From assembly GCA_036507075.1 (NCBI GenBank), contig DASXQR010000075.1, positions 1 through 13,213 of the forward strand: a stretch of DNA of 13,213 nucleotides, given 5' to 3'. Below, piece after piece: positions 1 to 7,054 of this stretch. Positions within the stretch are counted from its first letter, which is position 1. Each line of letters opens with the position of its first letter. The DNA is from Acidobacteriota bacterium. Its GTDB lineage: Bacteria; Acidobacteriota; UBA6911; JACQSX01. A model generated the notes under the pieces. That model did no database searches, was not told where the DNA came from, and was given only the letters and a program-made list of their open reading frames with translations. Both the position numbers and the translations under genes were made by a program.

Positions 1-93
1 GTTTCCGGAACCAACTACTATCGCCCCACCAGAACAGGAATTGAAATCATGGCAAACGCCATCGCCATTCGTGATAACAAAATTGCAGCCTGA
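1..93 (+). CDS. 3' end of an unidentified CDS entering from the left (VSGTNYYRPTRTGIEIMANAIAIRDNKIAA*)
   Basis: Frame +1 is open from base 1 to TGA at 91-93. It is followed by an A-rich intergenic stretch and a palindrome that separates it from the convergent ppk2. Too short to assign a family. Confidence 0.4.
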   Translation, partial: VSGTNYYRPTRTGIEIMANAIAIRDNKIAA

Positions 94-130
94 AAAAAAC
101 TGCTCAAAAAAACAAGATTTTTCGAACTAG

Positions 131-181
131 TACTACAAAGGACACAAAGATCTTTTGTGCTCTTTGTGCCTTTGTGGTGAA
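131..181. repeat. Degenerate copy of the 9-nt-periodic palindrome (family P)
   Basis: TTTGTGCCTTTGTGGTGAA at 163-181 is identical to 10087-10105. The central CACAAAGATCT is also shared with the 10043-10105 copy. The left arm is shortened. Confidence 0.85.
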
Positions 182-191
182 CGCGTTTTTT

Positions 192-1001
192 TCATTTGAG
201 GATGAGCTTTGAAAGATCGCACGGAGGCGCAGGGAATTTCATGTCGAGGCTTTCCAGGGCTTCGACGATGATGGCCGAAACGGCAAGGTTTCTCAGCCAT
301 TTCTTGTTGGCCGGGATGACAAACCAGGGAGCCCGTTCCGTGCTGCAGCGGCTGAGCGCGTCCTGGTAGGCTTCCATGTATTGGTTCCACAGCTTTCGCT
401 CATCAAAATCCCCCGGATTAACCTTCCAGTTCTTTTCGGGAACCTCGATTCTTTCCCTCAGCCGCTTTTTTTGCTCGTCCTTGCTGATGTGCAGAAAGAA
501 CTTGAGGATCTTGACGCCGTTCTCGGCCAGAATCTGCTCAAAAGCGTTGATCTGCTCGTAGCGCCGGGACCAGACCGGGCGCGGGACCAGGTGGTGCACT
601 CTCACGACCAGGACATCTTCGTAGTGCGATCGGTTGAAAATGCCGATTTCTCCCCTGGCCGGAACCGCGTGATGCACCCGCCACAGGAAATCATGGCTTG
701 CCTCTTCGGCCGATGGGGCTTTGAATGAAGTGACTTCGCAGCCCTGAGGGTTTACCCCGGACATCACGCGCCGGATGGTGCCGTCCTTTCCGCCCGAATC
801 CATGGCCTGCAAAACGACCAGCAAGGCGTGCTTCCTTTCGGCGAAGAGAAGATTCTGCAGCTCATCCAGGCGCGCGATTTTCTTCTGCAGGAGCTCTTCG
901 GCCTCGCTCTTATCCTTGAAGCCTGCCGTGTAGTCCGGGTCATAACGGGAGAGCTTTACTGTCTTTCCGGGTTTGACGGCAAATTCCTTGCTGAATTTCA
1001 T
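192..1001 (-). CDS. ppk2: Polyphosphate kinase 2 family protein (single-domain, class III-like polyphosphate:nucleotide phosphotransferase)
   Basis: 269 aa. Walker A-like QAMDSGGKDG, plus NPQG, SFKAPS, HDFLWR, FNRSHYEDVL, KFFLHISKDEQ, KNWK and APWFVIPANKKW, all PPK2 hallmarks. Confidence 0.95.
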   Translation of the reverse strand: MKFSKEFAVKPGKTVKLSRYDPDYTAGFKDKSEAEELLQKKIARLDELQNLLFAERKHALLVVLQAMDSGGKDGTIRRVMSGVNPQGCEVTSFKAPSAEEASHDFLWRVHHAVPARGEIGIFNRSHYEDVLVVRVHHLVPRPVWSRRYEQINAFEQILAENGVKILKFFLHISKDEQKKRLRERIEVPEKNWKVNPGDFDERKLWNQYMEAYQDALSRCSTERAPWFVIPANKKWLRNLAVSAIIVEALESLDMKFPAPPCDLSKLILK

Positions 1002-1156
1002 GTTTCCACTGTGCGCGAGCGGCCAGCGCCGGGCCAGTATAGTTCAATTTGAAACAGGAGGAGGGGGCGCGCGCCGGGATTTTTCACAAGATCAGAACGG
1101 CGGGCGTCATCCCGCGGTTGGGGTTTAGACATTTCTGACGAACGATAATGTCGGGT

Positions 1157-1274
1157 CAGTACCGCCGTCAGGTTGCGGCGAGCCAGAGTGGCGTGTCTGG
1201 AGGTGGGACCTAGCGTGGCTTAGCATGAGACTCGACCAGTTTGGCGCGCCGCGACCTGATGGATCGCGGTACTG
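1157..1274. repeat. REP-doublet-like long imperfect inverted repeat
   Basis: CAGTACCGC..TCAGGTTGCGGCG..GCCA (1157-1191) pairs with TGGC..CGCCGCGACCTGA..GCGGTACTG (1236-1274). The outer 9 bp are perfect. Confidence 0.7.
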
Positions 1275-1297
1275 TAGCGCTGCTTCGCAGCGCCCTC

Positions 1298-1537
1298 GCC
1301 CGCCGCATTTGAGCGGGCGCCAGCTCGTGGTCCAAGGCGTCCTCCGAGGCGGCTGTCGCCCACCAAAAAAACGGTGGGCTCACGGTTCTGGAGGGCTCGG
1401 TCCCACGGCTCCGCTTCGCTTCGCCGTGGGCTACAGGCTGTCGCCCGCCCAAAAAACGGGCGGTCTGATTAAATGATCTTCGCGTTCTTCGCGCTCTTCG
1501 CGGTTAGATTTTTTCACACGGGCTGACGCCCGTGGGT
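1298..1537. repeat. Cluster of REP-like GC hairpins plus a family P half copy
   Basis: Hairpins CCCACGGC/GCCGTGGG (1402-1430) and CACGGGC-TGAC-GCCCGTG (~1518-1535). Two related GGCTGTCGCCC..AAAAAAC.. stem-loops at 1351-1380 and 1436-1466. CTTCGCGTTCTTCGCGCTCTTCGCGGTT at 1478-1505. Confidence 0.7.
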
Positions 1538-1596
1538 GCGGGGCGGATTGATGTGTAATAGAATTCATGTCAAATCAACCGAGCGGAGGAAGGTCA

Positions 1597-3156
1597 ATGG
1601 TTCAGAGATCGGTTCGCCTGTGGGCGGCGTGGGGGGTTTGTGCGGTTGTTTTGACGGCGCTGGCGGGGCGTTGGGGATTGTCCATTGAGCCTGCTTACCG
1701 TGTGCCGCCGGCGCTTGCGAGCGCGCGGGCCGCCGGTCCCGACCCGAAGCCGGCGCCGAATATTGTGTTTATTCTGGCCGATGATCTCGGGTGGAAGGAT
1801 GTCGGGTATCACGGCAGTGAAATCAAGACGCCGGCCATCGACCGGCTGGCGGCGTCGGGCGCGCGGCTGGAGCAGTTTTATGTGATGCCCGTGTGCAGTC
1901 CCACGCGCGCCTCGCTGATGACAGGCCGCTACCCGATTCGCTACGGATTGCAGACCGCCGTGGTGCGGCCATGGGCCCAGTACGGCCTGGCTTTGAATGA
2001 ACGGATGCTGCCGCAGGCGCTCAAGGAAGCCGGATATGAAACGGCGATCACCGGCAAGTGGCATCTGGGACATTACCAGCGCGCCTACCTGCCCACTTTG
2101 CGCGGATTTGATCACCAGTATGGCCATTACAACGGGGCCATCGATTATTTCACGCACGTGCGCAACGACAGCTTTGACTGGCACCGCGACGACCGCGCCT
2201 CGCGCGACGAAGGCTACAGCACCAACCTGATCGCTCAGGAAGCGGTTCGAGTGATTGAGCAGCACGACCGGTCGCGTCCTTTATTTCTTTATGTCGCCTT
2301 CAATGCGCCCCACGCGCCCCTGCAGGCTCCGCCGGAATATCTGGAGCGTTATGCCGGCATCGCCAATGAAAGGCGGCGCGCCTATGCCGCCATGGTTGCG
2401 TGCGAGGATGACGGGATTGCCCGGATCCTGGCGGCCCTGGAGGGCAAAGGGATTTATGACGACACCTTGATTGTTTTTTCAAGCGACAACGGAGGGCCGC
2501 TGCAAAACGGCGCAGATAATGGGCCGCTGCGGGCGGGCAAGGCGACGGTCTACGAAGGAGGCGTCCGCGTGCCGGCCTTTGCCGTATGGCGCGGCAAGCT
2601 GAAGCCCGGAATCGTCAACGAGCCGCTCCACATGGTCGACTGGTATCCGACATTGCTCCGGCTGGCCGGCGCCCGCCTGGAACAGAAGCTGCCGCTGGAT
2701 GGGAAAGATGCCTGGGCCACCGTCGCGCGCGGAAAACCTTCGCCTCATGACGAGATCCTTCACAACGTCGAGCCGGGTCGCGGCGCCCTGCGGCGCGGCG
2801 ACTGGAAGCTGGTCGTGCATGCCCCGCTTCCGATGGCAAACGCGGCTCTGGCGTCGCTGCCGGCGAATGCCCCGTCGCCGGCTTCGGATGCGGCCGCAAA
2901 TCGGGCACGACAGCAGGGTGCGCGGTCCGGTGAAGTGGATGAAGAAGGAAACGATCGGGGCCCGGCGCGCATCGAGCTGTTCAACATCAGGCAGGACCCT
3001 TACGAGAAGCAGGATTTGTCGCGCGCGCGTCCTGAAGTGGTGCGCGACCTGCTGGCGCGCTTGAACCGCTACGCGCGCCAGGCAGCGCCGGCAAAGTACG
3101 AGTCAAAACCGGCGCCCGGATTCAAGACACCGGCCGTGTGGGGAGAAAAGGAATAA
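1597..3156 (+). CDS. Arylsulfatase (formylglycine-dependent sulfatase, arylsulfatase B-like), probably exported
   Basis: PNIVFILADDLG, signature CSPTRASLMTGRY, GKWHLG, APHAPLQ, FSSDNGG, YEGGVRVP, ELFN..DPYE, and an N-terminal hydrophobic signal or anchor. ATG 1597 preferred because GGAGG lies at 1585-1589. The ORF track starts at 1567. Confidence 0.95.
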   Translation: MVQRSVRLWAAWGVCAVVLTALAGRWGLSIEPAYRVPPALASARAAGPDPKPAPNIVFILADDLGWKDVGYHGSEIKTPAIDRLAASGARLEQFYVMPVCSPTRASLMTGRYPIRYGLQTAVVRPWAQYGLALNERMLPQALKEAGYETAITGKWHLGHYQRAYLPTLRGFDHQYGHYNGAIDYFTHVRNDSFDWHRDDRASRDEGYSTNLIAQEAVRVIEQHDRSRPLFLYVAFNAPHAPLQAPPEYLERYAGIANERRRAYAAMVACEDDGIARILAALEGKGIYDDTLIVFSSDNGGPLQNGADNGPLRAGKATVYEGGVRVPAFAVWRGKLKPGIVNEPLHMVDWYPTLLRLAGARLEQKLPLDGKDAWATVARGKPSPHDEILHNVEPGRGALRRGDWKLVVHAPLPMANAALASLPANAPSPASDAAANRARQQGARSGEVDEEGNDRGPARIELFNIRQDPYEKQDLSRARPEVVRDLLARLNRYARQAAPAKYESKPAPGFKTPAVWGEKE

Positions 3157-3170
3157 CGCCCTGCGATTCG

Positions 3171-3244
3171 CAAAAACCTAACCGCCAAGAACGCCAAGAA
3201 TAGCTCTCTTGGCGGTCTTGGCGATCTTGGCGGTTAGGTTTTTG
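3171..3244. repeat. Family P palindrome between convergent genes; probable bidirectional terminator or 3' stabiliser
   Basis: Perfect 20-bp inverted repeat CAAAAACCTAACCGCCAAGA (3171-3190) / TCTTGGCGGTTAGGTTTTTG (3225-3244), with internal CGCCAAG/CTTGGCG units. It overlaps the RNB stop codon at 3234-3236. Confidence 0.85.
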
Positions 3245-5102
3245 TACCGTCCAGCTCAAAATCGATAAATCCCTGGCGCGGGTCTGTCGAGATCAGTTTG
3301 ACGCGGACGCGGTCGCCGACCTGAAGGCCTTCGACGTTGCCGTGCAGTTTTCCTTCCACGGGCGGATGGGCGATCCGCACCCAGGTGCCTTTTTCCGAGG
3401 CGCCGGTGATCATGCCGTTGAATCTCTTTCCGATGCGGGGGCGCAGCGCCACCGCGGCGATGCATTTGCGCACGAAGCGCTCCACCTTGTTTGCGTCGTC
3501 TTCCTTCTGCGTGCAGTGGGCGGCCAGCGCCTCCAGTTGGTCCATCGCGTAGGAGGAAGGCTGGCGCGCGAAGGCGCATTTCAGCAGGTGCTGGGTCAGC
3601 AGGTCCGGGTAGCGGCGGTTGGGCGCCGTCGAGTGCGCGTAATCCTGCACGGCCAGCCCGAAATGCCCGGGCGATTCCTGTCCGGGGTTCTTGACCACGT
3701 ACTGCCCGCGGCCCAGCAGCTTGATGATGGCCAGCGACAGGTCGGGAAAATGTTCCGGATCGCGGCGCTGCTGTTCCTTCAGGAATTCCTCCAGCGCGGG
3801 CGCGTCCGGCTCGGCGGGAAGGCCGGCGCCGTGCTCGCCTGCCAGCTCGACGATCCTGTCCCAGCGCTCCGGTTCGCGCACGATCCGCCGGATGCTGGGA
3901 AGCCCGCGGCCGTCCAGAAAGCCGGCGGTGGTCTGGTTGGCCGCGATCATGAAATCTTCGATCAGCCGGCCGGCGCGGTTCGGCTCGCGCGAGGCCAGGT
4001 CGAGCGTGCCGTCCGGCAGCAGGGCGGGGCGGAACTCGCGGGTTTCGAAATTGAGCGCGCCTGCTTCGTGGCGGCGCTCGCGCAGGCGGGAGGCGGCTAG
4101 GTCCTGGAGCGTGAGTTGCCGCTGAAGGGGTGGATCCGAATCGATCTTTTCAAGGATACGGCGTCCAACGTCTGAAGGTCGATGAGAGTCTGACAGGAAA
4201 TCCGAGCCGCGCGCGTCAGCAAGCGGACTCTCCGGAGAGGGTTTGGTTGGCATGGCGAAGTCGACTTTCTCTGGAGGCTCCGCTTGCTGACGCGCGCGGT
4301 TCTGTTGTGGGTGGAGAAGTGTCGCATTCTCCGGCGCTTGCTGACGCGCGCGGTTCGGTTGCGGGCGGAGAGGTGTGGCATCCCCCGGCGCTTGCTGACG
4401 CGCGCGGTTCTGTGGGAGCTCGCTCACCCGCTCTCCCGCTCTCCCTCTCTCCTTCCCTCCATCCCTCCCTCTCTCCATCTCTCCCTCTCCCGCACTCTCC
4501 CGCCCTCCATCCCTCAATCTCTCTGTCCCTCCTTCCCTCCGTCTCTCCATCCCTCCATCCCCGAACCGCTCCAGCCATTCCGCCACGGCGTTGTAAGTCA
4601 GTCGCGCGCGGTTGCAGACGATGGCGGGGTAGACGGAGGATTGAGTGACGCGGCCGTCTTGACTGGTCAGCATTTCGACGACCACAGCCAGTCTCTTCTC
4701 GCTCTCGACTAAAGAAGTCAAATCGGTGGAGAGGCGCTCGGGAAGCATGGGGAAGGTTTCCACGCCTGTATAGACGGAAGTGGTGTTGTGCTGCGCGGCT
4801 CGATCCGTGTCCGATCCGGATGGCACAAACCAGCTCACGTCGGCAACGGCGACGTAGATTCGAATCGCTTCGCCTTCGGCGACGGCATACTCGAGTTGAT
4901 CCAGATCGCGCGTGTCGTCATTGTCGATGGAAGACCAGAGCCAGGCGCTCAGGTCGGTCACCTTCAGGCTGGAGAAATCAGGTTCGGCGGCGCGCGCGAC
5001 CTCCTGGCGAACCGGCGGCGGGAACTCGGTCAGAAAACCGCGCTCGCGCATCGCCTGACGGGCAACCGCATGCAGGTCGACGCCCGACTGCGAAACACCC
5101 AT
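3234..5102 (-). CDS. RNase II/RNB-domain 3'-5' exoribonuclease with C-terminal S1-like domain, carrying a ~120-aa repeat-derived insertion
   Basis: SIDNDDTRDLDQ catalytic loop, VAVADV, TSVY..FPMLPERLS, LIEDFMIAAN, HFGL..YAHSTAPNRRYPDL and a C-terminal GFIDF. Residues ~181-303 are low-complexity and repeat-encoded. Confidence 0.93.
   Translation of the reverse strand: MGVSQSGVDLHAVARQAMRERGFLTEFPPPVRQEVARAAEPDFSSLKVTDLSAWLWSSIDNDDTRDLDQLEYAVAEGEAIRIYVAVADVSWFVPSGSDTDRAAQHNTTSVYTGVETFPMLPERLSTDLTSLVESEKRLAVVVEMLTSQDGRVTQSSVYPAIVCNRARLTYNAVAEWLERFGDGGMERRREGGTERLRDGGRESAGEGEMERGRDGGKERGRAGERVSELPQNRARQQAPGDATPLRPQPNRARQQAPENATLLHPQQNRARQQAEPPEKVDFAMPTKPSPESPLADARGSDFLSDSHRPSDVGRRILEKIDSDPPLQRQLTLQDLAASRLRERRHEAGALNFETREFRPALLPDGTLDLASREPNRAGRLIEDFMIAANQTTAGFLDGRGLPSIRRIVREPERWDRIVELAGEHGAGLPAEPDAPALEEFLKEQQRRDPEHFPDLSLAIIKLLGRGQYVVKNPGQESPGHFGLAVQDYAHSTAPNRRYPDLLTQHLLKCAFARQPSSYAMDQLEALAAHCTQKEDDANKVERFVRKCIAAVALRPRIGKRFNGMITGASEKGTWVRIAHPPVEGKLHGNVEGLQVGDRVRVKLISTDPRQGFIDFELDGTKT
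4204..4410. repeat. Intragenic REP-like cluster: three direct 22-bp cores at 54-bp period plus one inverted copy
   Basis: CGCTTGCTGACGCGCGCGGTTC at 4281-4302, 4335-4356 and 4389-4410. The inverted copy at 4207-4227 is a perfect 21-bp complement of 4279-4299. Confidence 0.9.
4420..4562. repeat. Intragenic CT-rich octamer array (TC(C/T)CTCC(A/C/G)-like)
   Basis: About 140-bp polypyrimidine tract with ~8-nt period. It encodes GDGGMERRREGG...RAGERVSE in the RNB frame. Confidence 0.9.
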
Positions 5103-6137
5103 TTACAATCTCCGCAGCACTCGTTCCCACCACGGGCGTTTTGGAAACTTCAAGGGAGGAATGTATTCAAGGGGAGCATCCTTGAGCAAACGGGCCGCCA
5201 GATGGCGGATGTCCTGAGCCGCCCGGCTGCGCGGGTACCTGGGCAAAAACGGCTGCACCTTCTGCACGGATTCGGGCACGTGCGGATCAAAATGCACAAA
5301 CCCGAGAAAACCCAGATTGCTTCTCAGTTGCAGATAGCGAAACAGCAGGTTGTTGAAGTTGGTGAGAGCCCGCTTGTCGGTTCGCCTTCCCCGGTACATG
5401 TTGACCACGATCTTGACCTTGAGATCGTTGATCATTCCACTCAGAATGTAGCCGGCGTACAGGTCCCAGAGCTTCAACTGCTCGATCACGTTCCTCAGGT
5501 TGAAGTCCTCTTTTCCTTCCACCAGTTCTCTCAGCTTGGCGCGCACCGCCTGCAGAAAATCCTTCTGCTCCAGCTCGCGCAGCACGAAATGCATGATGGC
5601 GGTTTTGAGAAACAGGAAAGCGTTGTGCAGCGAAAGGGATTCCGGAGTGATCACGACGATCTTGTGATCGGCGCTCAGAAAAAAGTCGAGCACCTCGGGG
5701 GAAGTTCCGGCGCCCAGGTCAAGCAGCACGAATCGGGCGTCCAGGCCGCGCAGGTTTTCGAGCAGCTCCCCCTTTCGCTCCCGGTCCGGCTGCGCTTCTT
5801 CCAGGCGGTAAGAGCAACTGATCATCTCCAGTGACGGCTGTTCGGTGCGCGACAGGATGGGCGAGAGGCTGGTGGTGCGTCCCATCAAAAAATCGCTGAT
5901 ATTTCCGCTGGGGTTGCGCACTCCCATGCAGGTGTTCAGGTTGCCGCAGCCGAGATCCAGATCGACGGCGACGATTTTCTGATGGCGCGACGCCGGATCC
6001 GCGGCCAGGGCATGCGCCAGGTTGGCGGTGATGACCGTCTTGCCCACGCCGCCCTTGCCGCTGGCAATGGCGACGATCCGTCTGTCCGGACGCACCGCCC
6101 GTTCAATGACCGGCTCCGTTAGTGCTTGCGAATTCAC
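5103..6137 (-). CDS. MinD/ParA-family P-loop ATPase, FlhG/FleN-like
   Basis: Deviant Walker A SGKGGVGKT, DLDLGCGNL, LLDLGAGT, VVITPE and IVVNM. The C-terminal PWWERVLRRL resembles an amphipathic membrane-targeting helix. GTG start. Confidence 0.9.
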   Translation of the reverse strand: MNSQALTEPVIERAVRPDRRIVAIASGKGGVGKTVITANLAHALAADPASRHQKIVAVDLDLGCGNLNTCMGVRNPSGNISDFLMGRTTSLSPILSRTEQPSLEMISCSYRLEEAQPDRERKGELLENLRGLDARFVLLDLGAGTSPEVLDFFLSADHKIVVITPESLSLHNAFLFLKTAIMHFVLRELEQKDFLQAVRAKLRELVEGKEDFNLRNVIEQLKLWDLYAGYILSGMINDLKVKIVVNMYRGRRTDKRALTNFNNLLFRYLQLRSNLGFLGFVHFDPHVPESVQKVQPFLPRYPRSRAAQDIRHLAARLLKDAPLEYIPPLKFPKRPWWERVLRRL

Positions 6138-6171
6138 GAGGATTTAGTCAGAAGTAAAAACGTCACGGGCG

Positions 6172-6180
6172 ATGCTACCA
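6172..6180 (-). promoter_or_regulatory. Candidate extended -10 (TGgTAGCAT) for the ATPase-RNB transcript
   Basis: Reverse complement of ATGCTACCA, about 35 nt upstream of GTG 6137. Motif match only. Confidence 0.35.
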
Positions 6181-6185
6181 TAAAT

Positions 6186-6356
6186 GTCGTCCGTGGTCAG
6201 TGGTCCGTTGTTAGTTGTCCGTTGTTCATGGTTTTCCCCTGTGGAAACCTGGCTTGGTGCCTTTGGTGGTGAAAAAGGATTGAACCACCAAGACACCAAG
6301 CCAGCCCCCTCCAACGGACTACTGACCACGGACCAGGGACTACGGACTACGGACAA
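6186..6356. repeat. Nested repeat: inverted heptamer arrays (GTCCGT(T/G) / ACGGAC(T/C/A)) enclosing a family P inverted repeat
   Basis: Heptamer arms at 6186-6227 and 6312-6356 are mutually complementary. The inner CTGGCTTGGTGCCTTTGGTGGT (6249-6270) pairs imperfectly with ACCACCAAGACACCAAGCCAG (6284-6304). Confidence 0.85.
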
Positions 6357-6382
6357 AATAGGGTGCAACGACGGGCGCATCC

Positions 6383-6391
6383 TGCTACAAT
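6383..6391 (+). promoter_or_regulatory. Candidate extended -10 (TGcTACAAT) for the protease gene
   Basis: Near-consensus TGn-TAnAAT upstream of the protease start. Confidence 0.45.
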
Positions 6392-6454
6392 CCACGAAAG
6401 CAAAACATACCGTGCTGATCCGTGAAACTGCGTAAAGGCAATGAGGATAAATCA

Positions 6455-7054
6455 GTGAATCTAGAAGATCATCTGCGGTCGCTGACGGGGAAAGAAACGG
6501 CCGCTCCCGCAAGCGCTCCCGCCGCCAAGGAGCTTTCAAGAAACGCCGATCCGGGTATTGTTTCCATTACGGCCGATGATCGCGCCGGCAAGGGCTTCAT
6601 CGTGGATGAAGAGGGCAGGATTCTCACCAACTTCCACCTGATCAACGCGGCATCGCGCATCAAGGTGACCCTGTCTTCGGGCGATATTTTTCTGGGCAAG
6701 GTGGTGCGCAAGGACGCCGCCCGCGACCTGGCGCTGCTGCAGATTCCCACCCGCACCTCGGGGCATCTGGCGTTGGGCGACGCGGGCAGCGTGGATGTGG
6801 GCGAGGAAGTAATGATTCCCGGTCCCAGGGCGGGAGAGCGATCAAGCGGCGTGATCAGCGCGATCCGCAAGATCAACGGGACGCAGATCCTTCAGATCGA
6901 TATGCCTTTGGATCCGGCAAACAGCGGCTGCCCTGTGATGACTTCGGCGGGCGCGGTTGTCGGCATCAGCACCTTCAAGCTGGGACACCAGCAAAACAGC
7001 GGCGGCACCGCCGTCAGCGTCAACGAGTTGAAGGCCTTTATCTTTGGGTTGTAG
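6455..7054 (+). CDS. Trypsin-like (S1C/HtrA-type) serine protease domain protein, without PDZ domain or signal peptide
   Basis: Triad motifs ILTNFHLI (His), RDLALLQI (Asp) and DMPLDPANSGCPV (Ser), plus GKGFIV and VVGIST. GTG 6455 has GAGGA at 6443-6447. The ORF track starts at GTG 6422. Confidence 0.85.
   Translation: MNLEDHLRSLTGKETAAPASAPAAKELSRNADPGIVSITADDRAGKGFIVDEEGRILTNFHLINAASRIKVTLSSGDIFLGKVVRKDAARDLALLQIPTRTSGHLALGDAGSVDVGEEVMIPGPRAGERSSGVISAIRKINGTQILQIDMPLDPANSGCPVMTSAGAVVGISTFKLGHQQNSGGTAVSVNELKAFIFGL

Noticed and set aside
1210..1476. 80-83-aa ORFs on both strands in the divergent region
   Set aside because: They run across GC-rich hairpin repeats and have no RBS or family motifs.
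4281..4410. CRISPR-like pattern (22-bp identical repeats with 32-bp spacers)
   Set aside because: The two spacers are 25/32 identical to each other, a fourth copy is inverted, the array is in frame within a gene, and no cas genes or leader are present. It is a 54-bp tandem REP-like repeat.
4194..4562. Intein or self-splicing intron in the RNB gene
   Set aside because: No Cys/Ser-start and His-Asn-end intein motifs, no homing endonuclease, and no recognisable group I/II intron structure. The insert is explained by repeats.
6144..6539. ORFs 6144..6539 (-) and 6184..6435 (+); likewise 11230..11517 and 11363..11551
   Set aside because: They are translations of heptamer/octamer arrays (SVVRSPWSVV, TTDQGLRTTD, PANPPTRQ) and are not supported as genes.
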